Below, in pieces: positions 55,164 through 64,000 of a stretch of DNA of 64,000 bases. The translations under genes and the position numbers were made by a program. The stretch covers positions 606 to 64,605 of the forward strand of contig CAZCCK010000004.1 of the NCBI GenBank assembly GCA_964497265.1, written 5' to 3'. Positions within the stretch are counted from its first letter, which is position 1. The number at the start of each line of letters is the position of its first letter. Source of the stretch: Candidatus Woesearchaeota archaeon (GTDB lineage Archaea; Nanobdellota; Nanobdellia; SCGC-AAA011-G17; GW2011-AR18). The notes beneath the pieces were generated by a model that did not search any database, was not told the DNA's origin, and saw only the letters and a program-made list of their open reading frames with translations.

Positions 55164-55583
55164 ATGGTTTCAAAGAGAGAGGTTGATCGTTTTGTTGAGA
55201 GTCAGCAGAGTATTCAGTTTTATGAGAAGATTAGGGTTGCTTTGAAGAATGTTTTGTTAAAGTTGTCTGATAAGGAGTTTAATGATCTTACGAAAGGTTT
55301 AGTGGTTATGGCTATTCATGAGGGTGTTTTGGGGCAGGTGATGCATTTTAAACCTAAAGAGAACTTAAGAGTAATGCAGTTAACGTTTCCTAAAAAGGTT
55401 CCTTTAGATGTTTTGGAGTTTGTGATTGCGCACGAGTTAGGTCATGTTGCTCAGAAGAGGAATTGGGAGAAATCTGACGGATCAAATTTAGAAGCTGATG
55501 CTGACAAGAGAGCAGCAGAATGGGGTTTTAAGAAAACCAAAAAAATTGAAAAGTGGATGAAGAGTTATGCTAAAAATTTCTAG
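55164..55583 (+). CDS. Small putative zinc metallopeptidase (HExxH)
   Basis: VIAHELGHVAQ motif. Confidence 0.4.
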   Translation: MVSKREVDRFVESQQSIQFYEKIRVALKNVLLKLSDKEFNDLTKGLVVMAIHEGVLGQVMHFKPKENLRVMQLTFPKKVPLDVLEFVIAHELGHVAQKRNWEKSDGSNLEADADKRAAEWGFKKTKKIEKWMKSYAKNF

Positions 55584-56190
55584 TGCGTGGGATAAGAAGT
55601 ATAGAGAGAATCCTTTGAATCAGCCTTTTCATCCTGTTGTTAAGAGTGAGCTTGATGATTTTATTAAACTTTTAAAGAAGGGTTATTTTATATTGGATCT
55701 TGGGTGCGGTATTGGGGATAAGGCAGAATATTTGGGGAAGAAGGGTTTTGTTGTTTCAGGTGTTGATTCTTCTAAATCTGCGATAGCTTATGGGAAGGAG
55801 CATTTCAAAAAGGTAAAGCTGTATGAAAGAAGTGTTTTAAAGACAGGTTTTACGGATAAGAGTTTTGATGCTGTTGTTTCTATTGCTGTTTTTCATTGTT
55901 TAGAAGCTAAAGATCGAATAAAATATGTCGAAGAAGTAGAAAGAATACTTAAGTTTAAAGGATTATTGTTTCAATTGGTATTGTCAAGTAAGGATGAGCA
56001 TGCTCGTAAAGGAGAGTTGATTGAAGAAAATACTTACTTAAGAGATTCTGGTGTACTTTTTCATCTTTTTACCAAAGCCGAGATTAAAGGATATTTTAAG
56101 AATTTTAAAGTAATCAATTTTAAGGAACACGTGGGTGAAGCTGAAGGAAAGAAAAACGCAGTTTATACAATGATCCTTCAAAAAAAGTAA
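55567..56190 (+). CDS. Class I SAM-dependent methyltransferase
   Basis: ILDLGCGIGDKAEYLGKKGFVVSGVDSS (motif I and post-I). Confidence 0.6.
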   Translation: MLKISSAWDKKYRENPLNQPFHPVVKSELDDFIKLLKKGYFILDLGCGIGDKAEYLGKKGFVVSGVDSSKSAIAYGKEHFKKVKLYERSVLKTGFTDKSFDAVVSIAVFHCLEAKDRIKYVEEVERILKFKGLLFQLVLSSKDEHARKGELIEENTYLRDSGVLFHLFTKAEIKGYFKNFKVINFKEHVGEAEGKKNAVYTMILQKK

Positions 56191-56318
56191 TGCGGAGGAC
56201 ACGCGCACTAATGTTTAACGAATGCGTCTGTGGGTTGTGTCTTTCTTGTGCTAATTAATAATTTAATAAGAAAAGTAGTATTTTAAGTCATCTTCGTCAC
56301 TTAGAAGCAGCAAGATTT

Positions 56319-56726
56319 TTAGGGTTCTTTTTTTATGTGTTTTTTTACTGCTTCGAGTGTGGGGTTGAAGCAGGCTTGGCTGAATGAGATGATGTCTTCT
56401 ACTTCTGCTAGTGTGGGTGCGTATCCGTAGTAGTTGATGTTGTGTCGTAGTCTTCGTAAGTTTTCGAGGAGTTGGAGTGGTCGTGTGGTGTTTATTTTTA
56501 GTTTGAAAAGTTCGTTGATTGCTTCGATGTGGTCGTGTGCTTCTTTGCCTTCAGAGATGAGGAGTGCGTCTCCGAGCATGCGGAAGGATTCGTAGATGTT
56601 TCTTATGATTGTTGCTGCTGATTGTTCGTTTATTTGGAGGGTGAGTGTGAAGGTCATGTCTCTGTGTGCTGCTTCGATGATGCTCAGGGCGTTTTTTTGG
56701 TCTGGTCTTTTGTAGCGTTGGATCAT
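56319..56726 (-). CDS. HEPN-domain protein (toxin partner of the MNT gene)
   Basis: Rx4HxxxY motif RRLRHNINYYGY. 135 aa. Overlaps the upstream MNT gene stop. Confidence 0.5.
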   Translation of the reverse strand: MIQRYKRPDQKNALSIIEAAHRDMTFTLTLQINEQSAATIIRNIYESFRMLGDALLISEGKEAHDHIEAINELFKLKINTTRPLQLLENLRRLRHNINYYGYAPTLAEVEDIISFSQACFNPTLEAVKKHIKKEP

Positions 56727-57307
56727 GGTCGTACTTCGAGGAGTCCTTCTAAGAGTATTCCATTAGCGATGTTGGTGAAGAGGTTTAAGTCTATTTTGTT
56801 TCTTGAGAAGATGTGTACGTTGACTGGTATGTTTTTTCTGTAGCTGAATTGTTGGAGTATTCCCAATGGGTGGATGATGAGGTCTTTATTATTCAGTGTT
56901 TCTACTGCGATGTCAATATCGCTTGTGTCTATGTCGTCTCCTTTTCTGTAGCTTCCGAAAAGGATGATTGCTCTGCTGCTTGGGATTATTTTGTGGATTT
57001 CTTCTAAGATTCCTGATTCGTAGATTCTTGTGAGGTTGTGTCCTATTTTTTTGGTGATGTTGTAAGTGTGTTTTTGGTTGCAGGAGATTTGCCAGAGTTT
57101 ACCTAGGGATTTTTGGATAAGGAAACCTTCTTGCGTGAGTTGTGTGACGATCCTATTGGCTGTAGTTTTGGAGATTTGGAGTTGTTTAGCTAGGTCGCTT
57201 AGACTGATTTCTCTTGTTGGGTAAGAAAAAAACCAGTTTAAGGTTTTATTATAAGCATCTGTAAGTTCTTGTTCTGGAGGGGAGCGTATTTTATGATCTT
57301 TCTTCAT
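56723..57307 (-). CDS. Minimal nucleotidyltransferase (MNT) with an N-terminal HTH
   Basis: AIILFGSYRKGDDIDTSDIDIAV (GS..D.D polymerase-beta motif). The N-terminus LSDLAKQLQISKTTANRIVTQLTQEGFL is an HTH. Confidence 0.55.
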   Translation of the reverse strand: MKKDHKIRSPPEQELTDAYNKTLNWFFSYPTREISLSDLAKQLQISKTTANRIVTQLTQEGFLIQKSLGKLWQISCNQKHTYNITKKIGHNLTRIYESGILEEIHKIIPSSRAIILFGSYRKGDDIDTSDIDIAVETLNNKDLIIHPLGILQQFSYRKNIPVNVHIFSRNKIDLNLFTNIANGILLEGLLEVRP

Positions 57308-57470
57308 AATTTTATAAAGTTAAAGAAGTATATAAACTTTTTGGAAACCAAATGGTAACCTAAGAAACCAAATGAACTTTTATAAAACCATAGTTCTAGG
57401 GGTATAAATGTTAGTATCTAATGAGTAGTAACAAATAGTAAGATTTAAATATGCCTTATCCTTCTAATTC

Positions 57471-58460
57471 TTGATTAAAATGCTGGAAAATTTATTAAAA
57501 AAAGGAGTACTTGTAGGTGCTTTAAGTTTAAGTGCTTGTACTGCAAGTACTGAAACTTTGAATGAATATCCTTTGTTAGATGTAGGAAGTAAGGATATTG
57601 GGATCAGTGACGTCCAATCTTCTGATGTAAGCTCTCTAGACGGAGCTTTGGATGCTTCTATTTCTGATGTTCAGGTTTTAGATGCAAGTTCTGTTGATGC
57701 GAGTATTCCTGCTTCGTGTGAACAGGTGCGTTTTTCTGATGGCAAATATAATTTGAGTGATTTTCCTTATCCGTTTAAATTTCCTTTGAATGAAGATTCT
57801 TTAAAAATTATTATTGGTACAAATGATCCTGTTGAAGCGAACATTGCTGCTGCAGATGCGGTTTATTTATTGGGTACTCCGGATACTTTAGAGTTAAGCA
57901 ATGCTTTCTATGATGATCATGGAAGGGGAATTTATCTTGAAGATGTAATTGATTCTGATAGTGCAGATTTAAGAGTAGTTCAGGAGGGAGTTGGGGATGT
58001 TTTTCAGATTAATTTAGGTGAGGCTTATGAAAGGGAAGGATTGTATCTAACTCCTCTTGGGATTACTGATAATCCTGGTTCTAAAAATGATTCGGTAACT
58101 CTCGAAATTAGATCGAGTATTCCTACTAGAGCTTATTTAGACACTGAAGTTCCTGATCTAAACGCACAACAAGCAATTATTGTAGGAATGATTGAAAGCA
58201 ATAATGCTGTAAGAAGATATCTTAATTCTTCTATTGATTCTACTTGTCTTGAACCTAATACTGCTTATATTGGTTCTAAAATGATGGATAATGGTCCTGT
58301 AATTATGGTCATTGCTTCAGATCCAATTCTCCTTAAATCCGCAGGAAGAATATTAAAGGACGCAACACAGTTCAGATTAGCTAATCACTCTGCAGTAAAA
58401 ATAAAAGGTACTGAAGAAACAGGAATAACAATAGAACCTTTAGAAGATTATAATCCTTAG
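57471..58460 (+). CDS. Secreted/lipoprotein-like protein with a low-complexity SDV/LDAS repeat region
   Basis: Signal with SLSAC. SDVQSSDVSSLDGALDASISDVQVLDASSVDASIP. Confidence 0.45.
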   Translation: MIKMLENLLKKGVLVGALSLSACTASTETLNEYPLLDVGSKDIGISDVQSSDVSSLDGALDASISDVQVLDASSVDASIPASCEQVRFSDGKYNLSDFPYPFKFPLNEDSLKIIIGTNDPVEANIAAADAVYLLGTPDTLELSNAFYDDHGRGIYLEDVIDSDSADLRVVQEGVGDVFQINLGEAYEREGLYLTPLGITDNPGSKNDSVTLEIRSSIPTRAYLDTEVPDLNAQQAIIVGMIESNNAVRRYLNSSIDSTCLEPNTAYIGSKMMDNGPVIMVIASDPILLKSAGRILKDATQFRLANHSAVKIKGTEETGITIEPLEDYNP

Positions 58461-58807
58461 TAATTTTTAGAAATTTGTCTTTGGTCACTTGTTGTTAATG
58501 GGTGGCGAAATGGTTAAATAAGGATTTGGCGAAATATTATTTGCATTATGCTTATGCTCCACCTATTCTTAAGGTTCTTCCTAAGCATTATTTAAAAGCT
58601 TCAGGAAATCCCCAGACCTTTGGAACAGCAATAGACGATCCGCCAGAATACAAAGAACAACTTGAAAAAATAAGCAAGGACATTAAAGAAGAAAAAAGAA
58701 AACAGTTAGCAAATTTAGATGTTGCAAGAATCTTACCGTTTATATAAAAATTGCATAATAAATTTTAAGTTCTGAAAAATCGGAAACGCATTCACTTAAA
58801 AGACGCA

Positions 58808-58964
58808 TGCGGGGAACAGGATTCGAACCTGCGAAGGCACTAAGCCATCAGGTATCTTCAGTGATGGTTCGTAAGAACTCGCCACAGCCGCCTAAGCTAA
58901 ATCTTTTAGTTCTTTATACAAAGAAGCTAAAATCTGATCCATTTGGCCACTCTGGAATCCCCGC
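58808..58964 (-). tRNA. Class-II-like tRNA (Leu/Ser type D-arm) with about 70 nt of intronic insertion; the anticodon is unresolved
   Basis: Minus-strand 5' end GCGGGGA-TT-CCA-GAGTGGCCAAA-TGG-A and 3' end GCAGG-TTCGAAT-CCTGT-TCCCCGC-A pair perfectly as acceptor/T-arm. The internal 105 nt contains extra hairpins. A CTTAGGC loop (Leu-UAG-like) is present but could not be phased by eye. Confidence 0.45.
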
Positions 58965-59048
58965 ATTTAACTTGTTAGAAAAACTGTTGATTTATAAGAG
59001 TTTGGCTTTTAAAAAAGATTTATATAATCTGAAATTTAAGTTAAAGAA

Positions 59049-60005
59049 ATGTCTGTCAAATTTTTAATTATTGGAGATTTACACGGGAATAGACCTAAGA
59101 TCTATTTCAAAAATTTTGATGCGATTATTGCTCCTGGTGATTTTTGTTCTGACAAGTATGAAAGAGAATTGTGGAATAAATACATGAAATCCGAGTGGAG
59201 TAAACCTGCGGAGAAAAGGTTAAGTTTTGAAAAATTTGTTAAAGAAAAGTTAGGTATTAACAAATCGCAATTAAAAGAATTTTCAAAAAAGTCTTTAGGG
59301 GTTGGCAGAGAAATTTTAGAGTATCTTAATTCTTTTAATAAGCCGGTTTTTATCATTCCTGGAAATTGGGATCAGAGTTATCCTATAGATGAAAATAAAG
59401 AAAAAAAGAGTGCGAAAGCAGAGATAATAAGAAGACACGTTCTCTTTTCAGGAAAAAATACTAATCAAAAGTTGATAAGGGGTCTGAAAAATGTTAAAGA
59501 CTGTCAGTTTAATAGTTTTAATTTTAAAGGATATAACCTTCTTGGTTATGGGTTAAATCAGATTCCAGAACTTCCTGAAAAACGAAAGTTTATGTACAAA
59601 ACTGGAAAAAAGAGGTTTAGTGAAAAAGATTGGGCGCAAGTAAAGGCGTCTTATAGGAATTTATTTAATCAGTTAAAAAAAGTTTATCTTAAGGCTTCTA
59701 AAAAAACACCTTTAATTTTTCTTTCTCATAATATGCCTTATAATACTAAGTTTGATAAGATTATAAAGCCTGGAACTCCGGTACATGGGAAACATTATGG
59801 GTCAAAAATTGCAAGAGATTTTATTTTAAAGTACAGGCCTTTGGTGTGTGTTGGGGGTCACATGCATGAGTATTTTGGAAAAATTAAACTAGGGAAAACG
59901 ATTGTGATTAATGGTGGTTTTGGTTCAAAGGTTAATACTTTGTTAGAACTGGAAGAAAATAAAATAAAATCTCTTAAGTTTTATGGTGCAAAAATATCAA
60001 GATAG
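59049..60005 (+). CDS. Calcineurin-like metallophosphoesterase
   Basis: LIIGDLHGN, GDFCSD, PGNWD, GGHMHE motifs. Confidence 0.6.
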   Translation: MSVKFLIIGDLHGNRPKIYFKNFDAIIAPGDFCSDKYERELWNKYMKSEWSKPAEKRLSFEKFVKEKLGINKSQLKEFSKKSLGVGREILEYLNSFNKPVFIIPGNWDQSYPIDENKEKKSAKAEIIRRHVLFSGKNTNQKLIRGLKNVKDCQFNSFNFKGYNLLGYGLNQIPELPEKRKFMYKTGKKRFSEKDWAQVKASYRNLFNQLKKVYLKASKKTPLIFLSHNMPYNTKFDKIIKPGTPVHGKHYGSKIARDFILKYRPLVCVGGHMHEYFGKIKLGKTIVINGGFGSKVNTLLELEENKIKSLKFYGAKISR

Positions 60006-60627
60006 TTTTATATATGTATTTTATTTTAAGTAAGTGTGATCTTTGGAGGGAAAATGGAAACCTTAACTGAAAAAATAGGATTTGTAGAGAATAGTGTCTG
60101 TTCTGAAGAATTATTTGATTTTCAAAAAGATTTTTTAAGAACAGTGTATGCTTAGGTTTAGATTGGATTCAAAATCCATTTAAACCTGTTTATCTAAAAG
60201 GGAAGGATGGATCCCGACATTCAAGCGTTCTTAAGAGAGATTTTGGAAAAGCAGAGTAGTATTGAGAATCAGATTAATTTAATTATCAAACAAATAGGGG
60301 ATAGTGAACTAAAAAACGAATTAAAGACGATTCATGTTAAGGTAGAGTTAATTAGGCAACAATTAAAGGTAATAGAAGATTCTGTAAAGAAATAATTATT
60401 TAGTGTATTCTTGTTTATCAACGTCATTTAATATTGCTTCAATTAGTTTATCAGCTTCTTTTCTTTCGCCTTTAATTTCAGCTTTCAAAGCTTTTTCTGC
60501 TTTAGTGTAATCCATCTCGTTCATTGAAAGAAGTTCCATAGAAAATTCTAAAGATTTGCGTCTTAGGCCTTTATTGTCGATGTTAAGGATGTAAGAAAGA
60601 ATTGCTTTTAGTTCTAAGAGTAAAGAT

Positions 60628-60831
60628 TTATTCACGTTTTTTCATCCTTTTGGTTTCTCCTTTCCATTGGGTTTGCCATGAATACCTGCGTAGCTTAGCT
60701 GTCTTTCCAAAACCGCAAGAACTACACGCGTGATTTCGTACGTGATAGCTTCTTTTTCCACAGCGTCTGCAAGGTATAACAAGTTTGCTTTTCTTGCCCT
60801 TTGGGCCCATTGCAGGTGTTCCTTTGGTCAT
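60628..60831 (-). CDS. rpl37e: 50S ribosomal protein L37e
   Basis: [16 protein letters not shown]...[21 protein letters not shown] zinc ribbon. Confidence 0.8.
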   Translation of the reverse strand: MTKGTPAMGPKGKKSKLVIPCRRCGKRSYHVRNHACSSCGFGKTAKLRRYSWQTQWKGETKRMKKRE

Positions 60832-60835
60832 GGTA

Positions 60836-61057
60836 TTAAGCTAGAGAAATAAAGACGATTGTGTCTCCTCGAATAAAGACTGTTCCTAGTTTTCTTTTAA
60901 CTTCTCCGTCTACTTTTTCTTCACAATTCTCAAGAACAGTGTTGACGTGAATATCAAATGATTTTAATTTTCCTACGAGTTGTTTATTGTTTTTAAGTTC
61001 TACAATTGCGTTTTTACCGCGTGCTTCGTTTAAAGCGTCTAATGGTCTTGTTTCCAT
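60836..61057 (-). CDS. Sm-like archaeal protein (LSm)
   Basis: Sm1/Sm2 pattern: [29 protein letters not shown] ... [12 protein letters not shown]. Adjacent to L37e, as is conserved in archaea. Confidence 0.7.
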   Translation of the reverse strand: METRPLDALNEARGKNAIVELKNNKQLVGKLKSFDIHVNTVLENCEEKVDGEVKRKLGTVFIRGDTIVFISLA

Positions 61058-61114
61058 AATCTAAAACCCTCGTTTATTGGCTTTGAGCCTTTTATTTAAA
61101 TCTTTCTGTGGTTG

Positions 61115-61624
61115 TTAGTGTGTTTTGAAAACAGTCTTTCTGAAGGCAAGGAGTGTGTTGGTAGCTTTCTCTATCCTCTCTTTCATCTCTGGAATGGTTC
61201 GGGGTGGATTTTTACTGAGGGAAAGAAAAGCAGCAAGTGCTTGTTGATAGTGTTCGTGAATATTTTCGTCCCATCTTACTTTTCGTAATCTATCGTGAAG
61301 TGAGTAAATGGTGGTGAGGAATTGTTTATGAATTGGTTCGAGTTGTTTTTGAAAGGAAGTGTAGTGCTCTGGTTCAAAAGGGAGGGTCTCTATGGTTCGT
61401 TGGATATTTTCTTGAAGGCTTTTTTGTTGTTTGATTAGGTTTTTAGTGCTTGTGCTCGGGCGCGATCTTTCAAGTTCTTGGAGATTCCTTGCTGAAAGCG
61501 CGAGTTGGCGGTTAGATTCTTTTTTAAGACTGAGGGCAAGATTCTTTAAATAATCAGACTGTTGGCTTAAAATTGCAAGAAGAATGTCAAATTGTTCTCC
61601 AAGGCTTTTTGGAATGACGTTCAT
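61115..61624 (-). CDS. Hypothetical helical protein
   Basis: ORF only. Confidence 0.35.
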   Translation of the reverse strand: MNVIPKSLGEQFDILLAILSQQSDYLKNLALSLKKESNRQLALSARNLQELERSRPSTSTKNLIKQQKSLQENIQRTIETLPFEPEHYTSFQKQLEPIHKQFLTTIYSLHDRLRKVRWDENIHEHYQQALAAFLSLSKNPPRTIPEMKERIEKATNTLLAFRKTVFKTH

Positions 61625-61710
61625 TACTTAATTCTGTAAAAAGAAATTTATAAAGCTAGTGGCAGAGGCTAAGCAAAAGTTATTTAAAGAGGCTTCTTTT
61701 TCCTCTGAGA

Positions 61711-62088
61711 ATGGCAATTACACAAAGTCGCTCAAAAAGAAAATCAACTGGTGGGCGCTATAAGTCTGCTACTAAGAAGCTTGCTCAATTTGGAAGTCTT
61801 CCTACGTATACTCTTCTTGGTGAAGAGTCTAAGAAGCAGAAGCGTGCGCGTGGTGGCGCGATAAAGCAAATCCTTTTTAGGTGTAATAAAGCAAATGTGT
61901 ATAATCCGGCTACCAAAAAATCTTCTCTTGTTGATATTAAGAATGTTGTTGATAATCCTGCGAACAGAAATTTTGTGAGGAGAAATATTATTACCCAAGG
62001 TGCTTTTATTGAGACTGCTTTAGGAAAAGCAAGAGTTACTTCTAGGCCTGGTCAAGCAGGTTTTGTGAATGCTGTTTTAGTAAAATAA
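61711..62088 (+). CDS. rps8e: 30S ribosomal protein S8e
   Basis: ITQSRSKRKSTGGRY ... NPANRNFVRRNIITQGAFIETALGKARVTSRPGQAGFVNAVLVK. Confidence 0.85.
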   Translation: MAITQSRSKRKSTGGRYKSATKKLAQFGSLPTYTLLGEESKKQKRARGGAIKQILFRCNKANVYNPATKKSSLVDIKNVVDNPANRNFVRRNIITQGAFIETALGKARVTSRPGQAGFVNAVLVK

Positions 62089-62089
62089 G

Positions 62090-62800
62090 TTATTCTTCTT
62101 CGTCTGTTTCTTCTACTTTAGGTTGTTTTTTAGAAATTCTTTTCTGTTTTGGTTTTTCTTCTGCGTTTTCTTCTTTTTTTGGTTCTACTGGTGGCGGGCG
62201 AGCTTGTGGTTCTTTAGCTTTCTCTCGTGGACCCAGAATAATGATAATAATTAAAAGGATAATAATGGCTGCGATGAAGTATTTAAGATAAGGATCTTTC
62301 TGAGAGGACGTTGTAGGTGGAAGGCTGGAGTTTGCGGAAACTGCTTTTCTATTTTTCAGGTCTTGGGCGTTTACTTTTTGGATGAGGGGTACTGTGAATT
62401 TAAGAACAGCATATTGGAGTTTTTTGTCAGGATTCGAATGGAAAATTTGATTTTCTAAGTAGACAACGGGCGTTTTGTCTAAGATTTGGATTTGTGTTGG
62501 TTGTCCTCCGAAGACAAGGAGGAAGTCTTTGGGAGTGCCGTTAGTGTTTACGCTTACGGTGACTAGTCCATCGCTGTTAATAGTTTTAATCATAAAAATG
62601 TTTGTGCTTTCGCCGATGTGAAGGGTAAGTGTGTTTCCTTCGTAGACTTTTATTTTGGTATAACTGTAGTCTTCAAGTTGGAACGTGTAGTTTTCTCCAG
62701 GTGTAAGTTCAACGCTATGTTCGTCTAAAACTTTTGCTGCTTGGACTGTTGTTAAAATGATAAAAAAAGCGAGTAAAATTGTCAGACCTTTTGTGTTCAT
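62090..62800 (-). CDS. Secreted protein with a signal peptide, a C-terminal TM and a charged Lys/Glu tail
   Basis: The N-terminus MNTKGLTILLAFFIILTTVQA is a signal. TM IAAIIILLIIIIILG. KEPQARPPPVEPKKEENAEEKPKQK tail. Confidence 0.45.
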   Translation of the reverse strand: MNTKGLTILLAFFIILTTVQAAKVLDEHSVELTPGENYTFQLEDYSYTKIKVYEGNTLTLHIGESTNIFMIKTINSDGLVTVSVNTNGTPKDFLLVFGGQPTQIQILDKTPVVYLENQIFHSNPDKKLQYAVLKFTVPLIQKVNAQDLKNRKAVSANSSLPPTTSSQKDPYLKYFIAAIIILLIIIIILGPREKAKEPQARPPPVEPKKEENAEEKPKQKRISKKQPKVEETDEEE

Positions 62801-62949
62801 AACTTGCTAGAAATTGGCTCTTTATTTAAGCATTTCTCCACTAGAATGGAGGTATCAAATTGGCTTTATATGCCCTGTTTTTAGCTAAAAAGGGGTTTTA
62901 AGCCTGAAGGAGAATTTTAGAAAGGTTTATATAGGGAGGGGCCTACTCG

Positions 62950-62957
62950 TATATAAA
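62950..62957 (+). promoter_or_regulatory. TATA-like box (tatataaa) upstream of tfb
   Basis: AT-rich octamer about 50 nt upstream of the TFB start codon. Confidence 0.35.
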
Positions 62958-63005
62958 GGTTTTTATGAAGTTATTGAGGGGTGGTATCTTCATTAGGGGG
63001 TAAGA

Positions 63006-63953
63006 ATGCCAGTCGAATATTCAAAGAAATGTCCAGAATGCGGAGGGTCAAACCTTGTACTTCAGAAAGATAGAGGGGAGGCTGTCTGCAGTGATTGCGG
63101 TCTTGTTATCGAAGAAAAGATGATTGACTTCGGTCAAGAATGGAGAGAGTTCAGTGAAGATCAAGCTTCTAAGCGTAGAAGGACAGGTGCTCCTTTAACG
63201 TATACTAAATTTGACAAAGGTCTTGGTACTGATATTGGTCAGAAAGGAGATATTTATCAATTAAGTGCTAAAGGCAAAAATAAATTCTTCAGATTAAGAA
63301 AATGGCAGCATAGAATTTCTACTGCTATTGAAAGAAATCTTAAGTTAGCTTTAGCTGAACTTAAAAGAGTTTCTTCTTATTTGAAACTTCCAAAATCTGT
63401 TGAAGAGGAAGCTTCTAGAATTTATACAATGGCTGTTCAGAGAGGTTTAGTCAGAGGTCGTTCTATGGAGTCTGTTGTTGCAGGTTCGTTGTATGCTTCT
63501 TGTAGAAGACACGAAGTTCCTAGAACGCTAGATGAATTATCTGAAGCTTCTGGTATTGATAAGAAAGAAGTGGGAAGAACGTACAGGTTTATCACAAGAG
63601 AGTTAGGAATTAGGATCTTACCGAGTAATCCAATTGATTATTTGCCAAGATTTGTTTCAGCTTTGAAGTTATCTGCTGAAACGCAGTCTAAAGCGATCGA
63701 TATTTTAAATAAAGCTCGTGAAGCTGAGCTAACCTCTGGTCGTGGACCAACCGGTATTGCTGCTGCTTCTTTGTATGTTGCTGCTTTGATGAACAACGAA
63801 AAGCGTACGCAAAGGGAAGTTGCTGATGTTGCTGGTGTGACTGAGGTTACAATCAGAAACAGGTATAAAGAACTCTTGAAAGAACTTAATTTGAAAGATA
63901 AAATTAAGAAGAAGATTAAAGAACTTGGGTTAGAAGAGGAAGATTTAGAATAG
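63006..63953 (+). CDS. tfb: Transcription initiation factor IIB (TFB)
   Basis: N-terminal zinc ribbon CPECGG...CSDCG, followed by two cyclin-fold repeats. 315 aa. Confidence 0.85.
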   Translation: MPVEYSKKCPECGGSNLVLQKDRGEAVCSDCGLVIEEKMIDFGQEWREFSEDQASKRRRTGAPLTYTKFDKGLGTDIGQKGDIYQLSAKGKNKFFRLRKWQHRISTAIERNLKLALAELKRVSSYLKLPKSVEEEASRIYTMAVQRGLVRGRSMESVVAGSLYASCRRHEVPRTLDELSEASGIDKKEVGRTYRFITRELGIRILPSNPIDYLPRFVSALKLSAETQSKAIDILNKAREAELTSGRGPTGIAAASLYVAALMNNEKRTQREVADVAGVTEVTIRNRYKELLKELNLKDKIKKKIKELGLEEEDLE

Positions 63954-64000
63954 ATTTTCCGGTTTTTGATCCAAAACTCTTATTAATCATTAAATTTTTC

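Noticed and set aside
54400-57400. Compositional (GT-rich coding strand) shift as evidence of a discrete genomic island
   Set aside because: A similar T-rich third-position bias is visible in many other genes of the window, including the giant-protein operon and the cyclase. Only the HEPN/MNT pair looks clearly distinct, so an island boundary cannot be drawn by eye.
58807-59067. 86-aa plus-strand ORF
   Set aside because: It overlaps the minus-strand class-II tRNA gene and its leader.
1-64000. Search for a CRISPR array or cas genes
   Set aside because: No regularly spaced direct repeats of 25-40 nt and no Cas-like ORFs were seen anywhere in the window.

Overview
Low-GC archaeal chromosomal segment, probably from a small-genome, DPANN-like archaeon. 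Archaeal information-processing genes are all present and recognisable: TFB, aIF2-alpha, Nop10, ribosomal proteins L44e/S27e/S15/S3Ae/S8e/L37e, an LSm protein, Pelota, Bud32, the SRP54/FtsY pair, TruD, archaeal signal peptidase, an A24 prepilin peptidase, geranylgeranyl reductase and archaeal-type phosphoglycerate mutase. They are interleaved with an unusually large number of secreted, membrane-anchored and giant surface proteins rich in N-glycosylation sequons. Five tRNA genes were found by hand folding, and every one carries an intron. Val has a canonical 37/38 intron. Thr has a D-loop intron. A Gln-like gene has two introns, in the D-arm and the T-arm. A Lys-like gene has a roughly 50-nt insertion after the anticodon stem. 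A class-II tRNA on the minus strand carries about 70 nt of insertion that I could not resolve. The window also contains a two-component system, a class-III nucleotidyl cyclase, two toxin-antitoxin modules (VapBC and HEPN/MNT) and a possible tRNA-associated integration remnant. The most striking locus is a translationally coupled operon at 41149-52940. It begins with a pilin-like (class III signal) 716-aa protein and a 1760-aa giant protein with no recognisable domain. It continues with a 1214-aa secreted protein that combines three peptidoglycan-degrading domains (SLT lytic transglycosylase, M23 endopeptidase, Amidase_2/PGRP) and ends with a polytopic membrane protein. This is a candidate antibacterial or host-interaction apparatus in an organism that should have no murein of its own. 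A second uncharacterised surface-protein operon (10550-16477) and a tandemly duplicated two-gene cassette (1-2503) are also notable. All coordinates derived by hand may be off by 1-2 nt.
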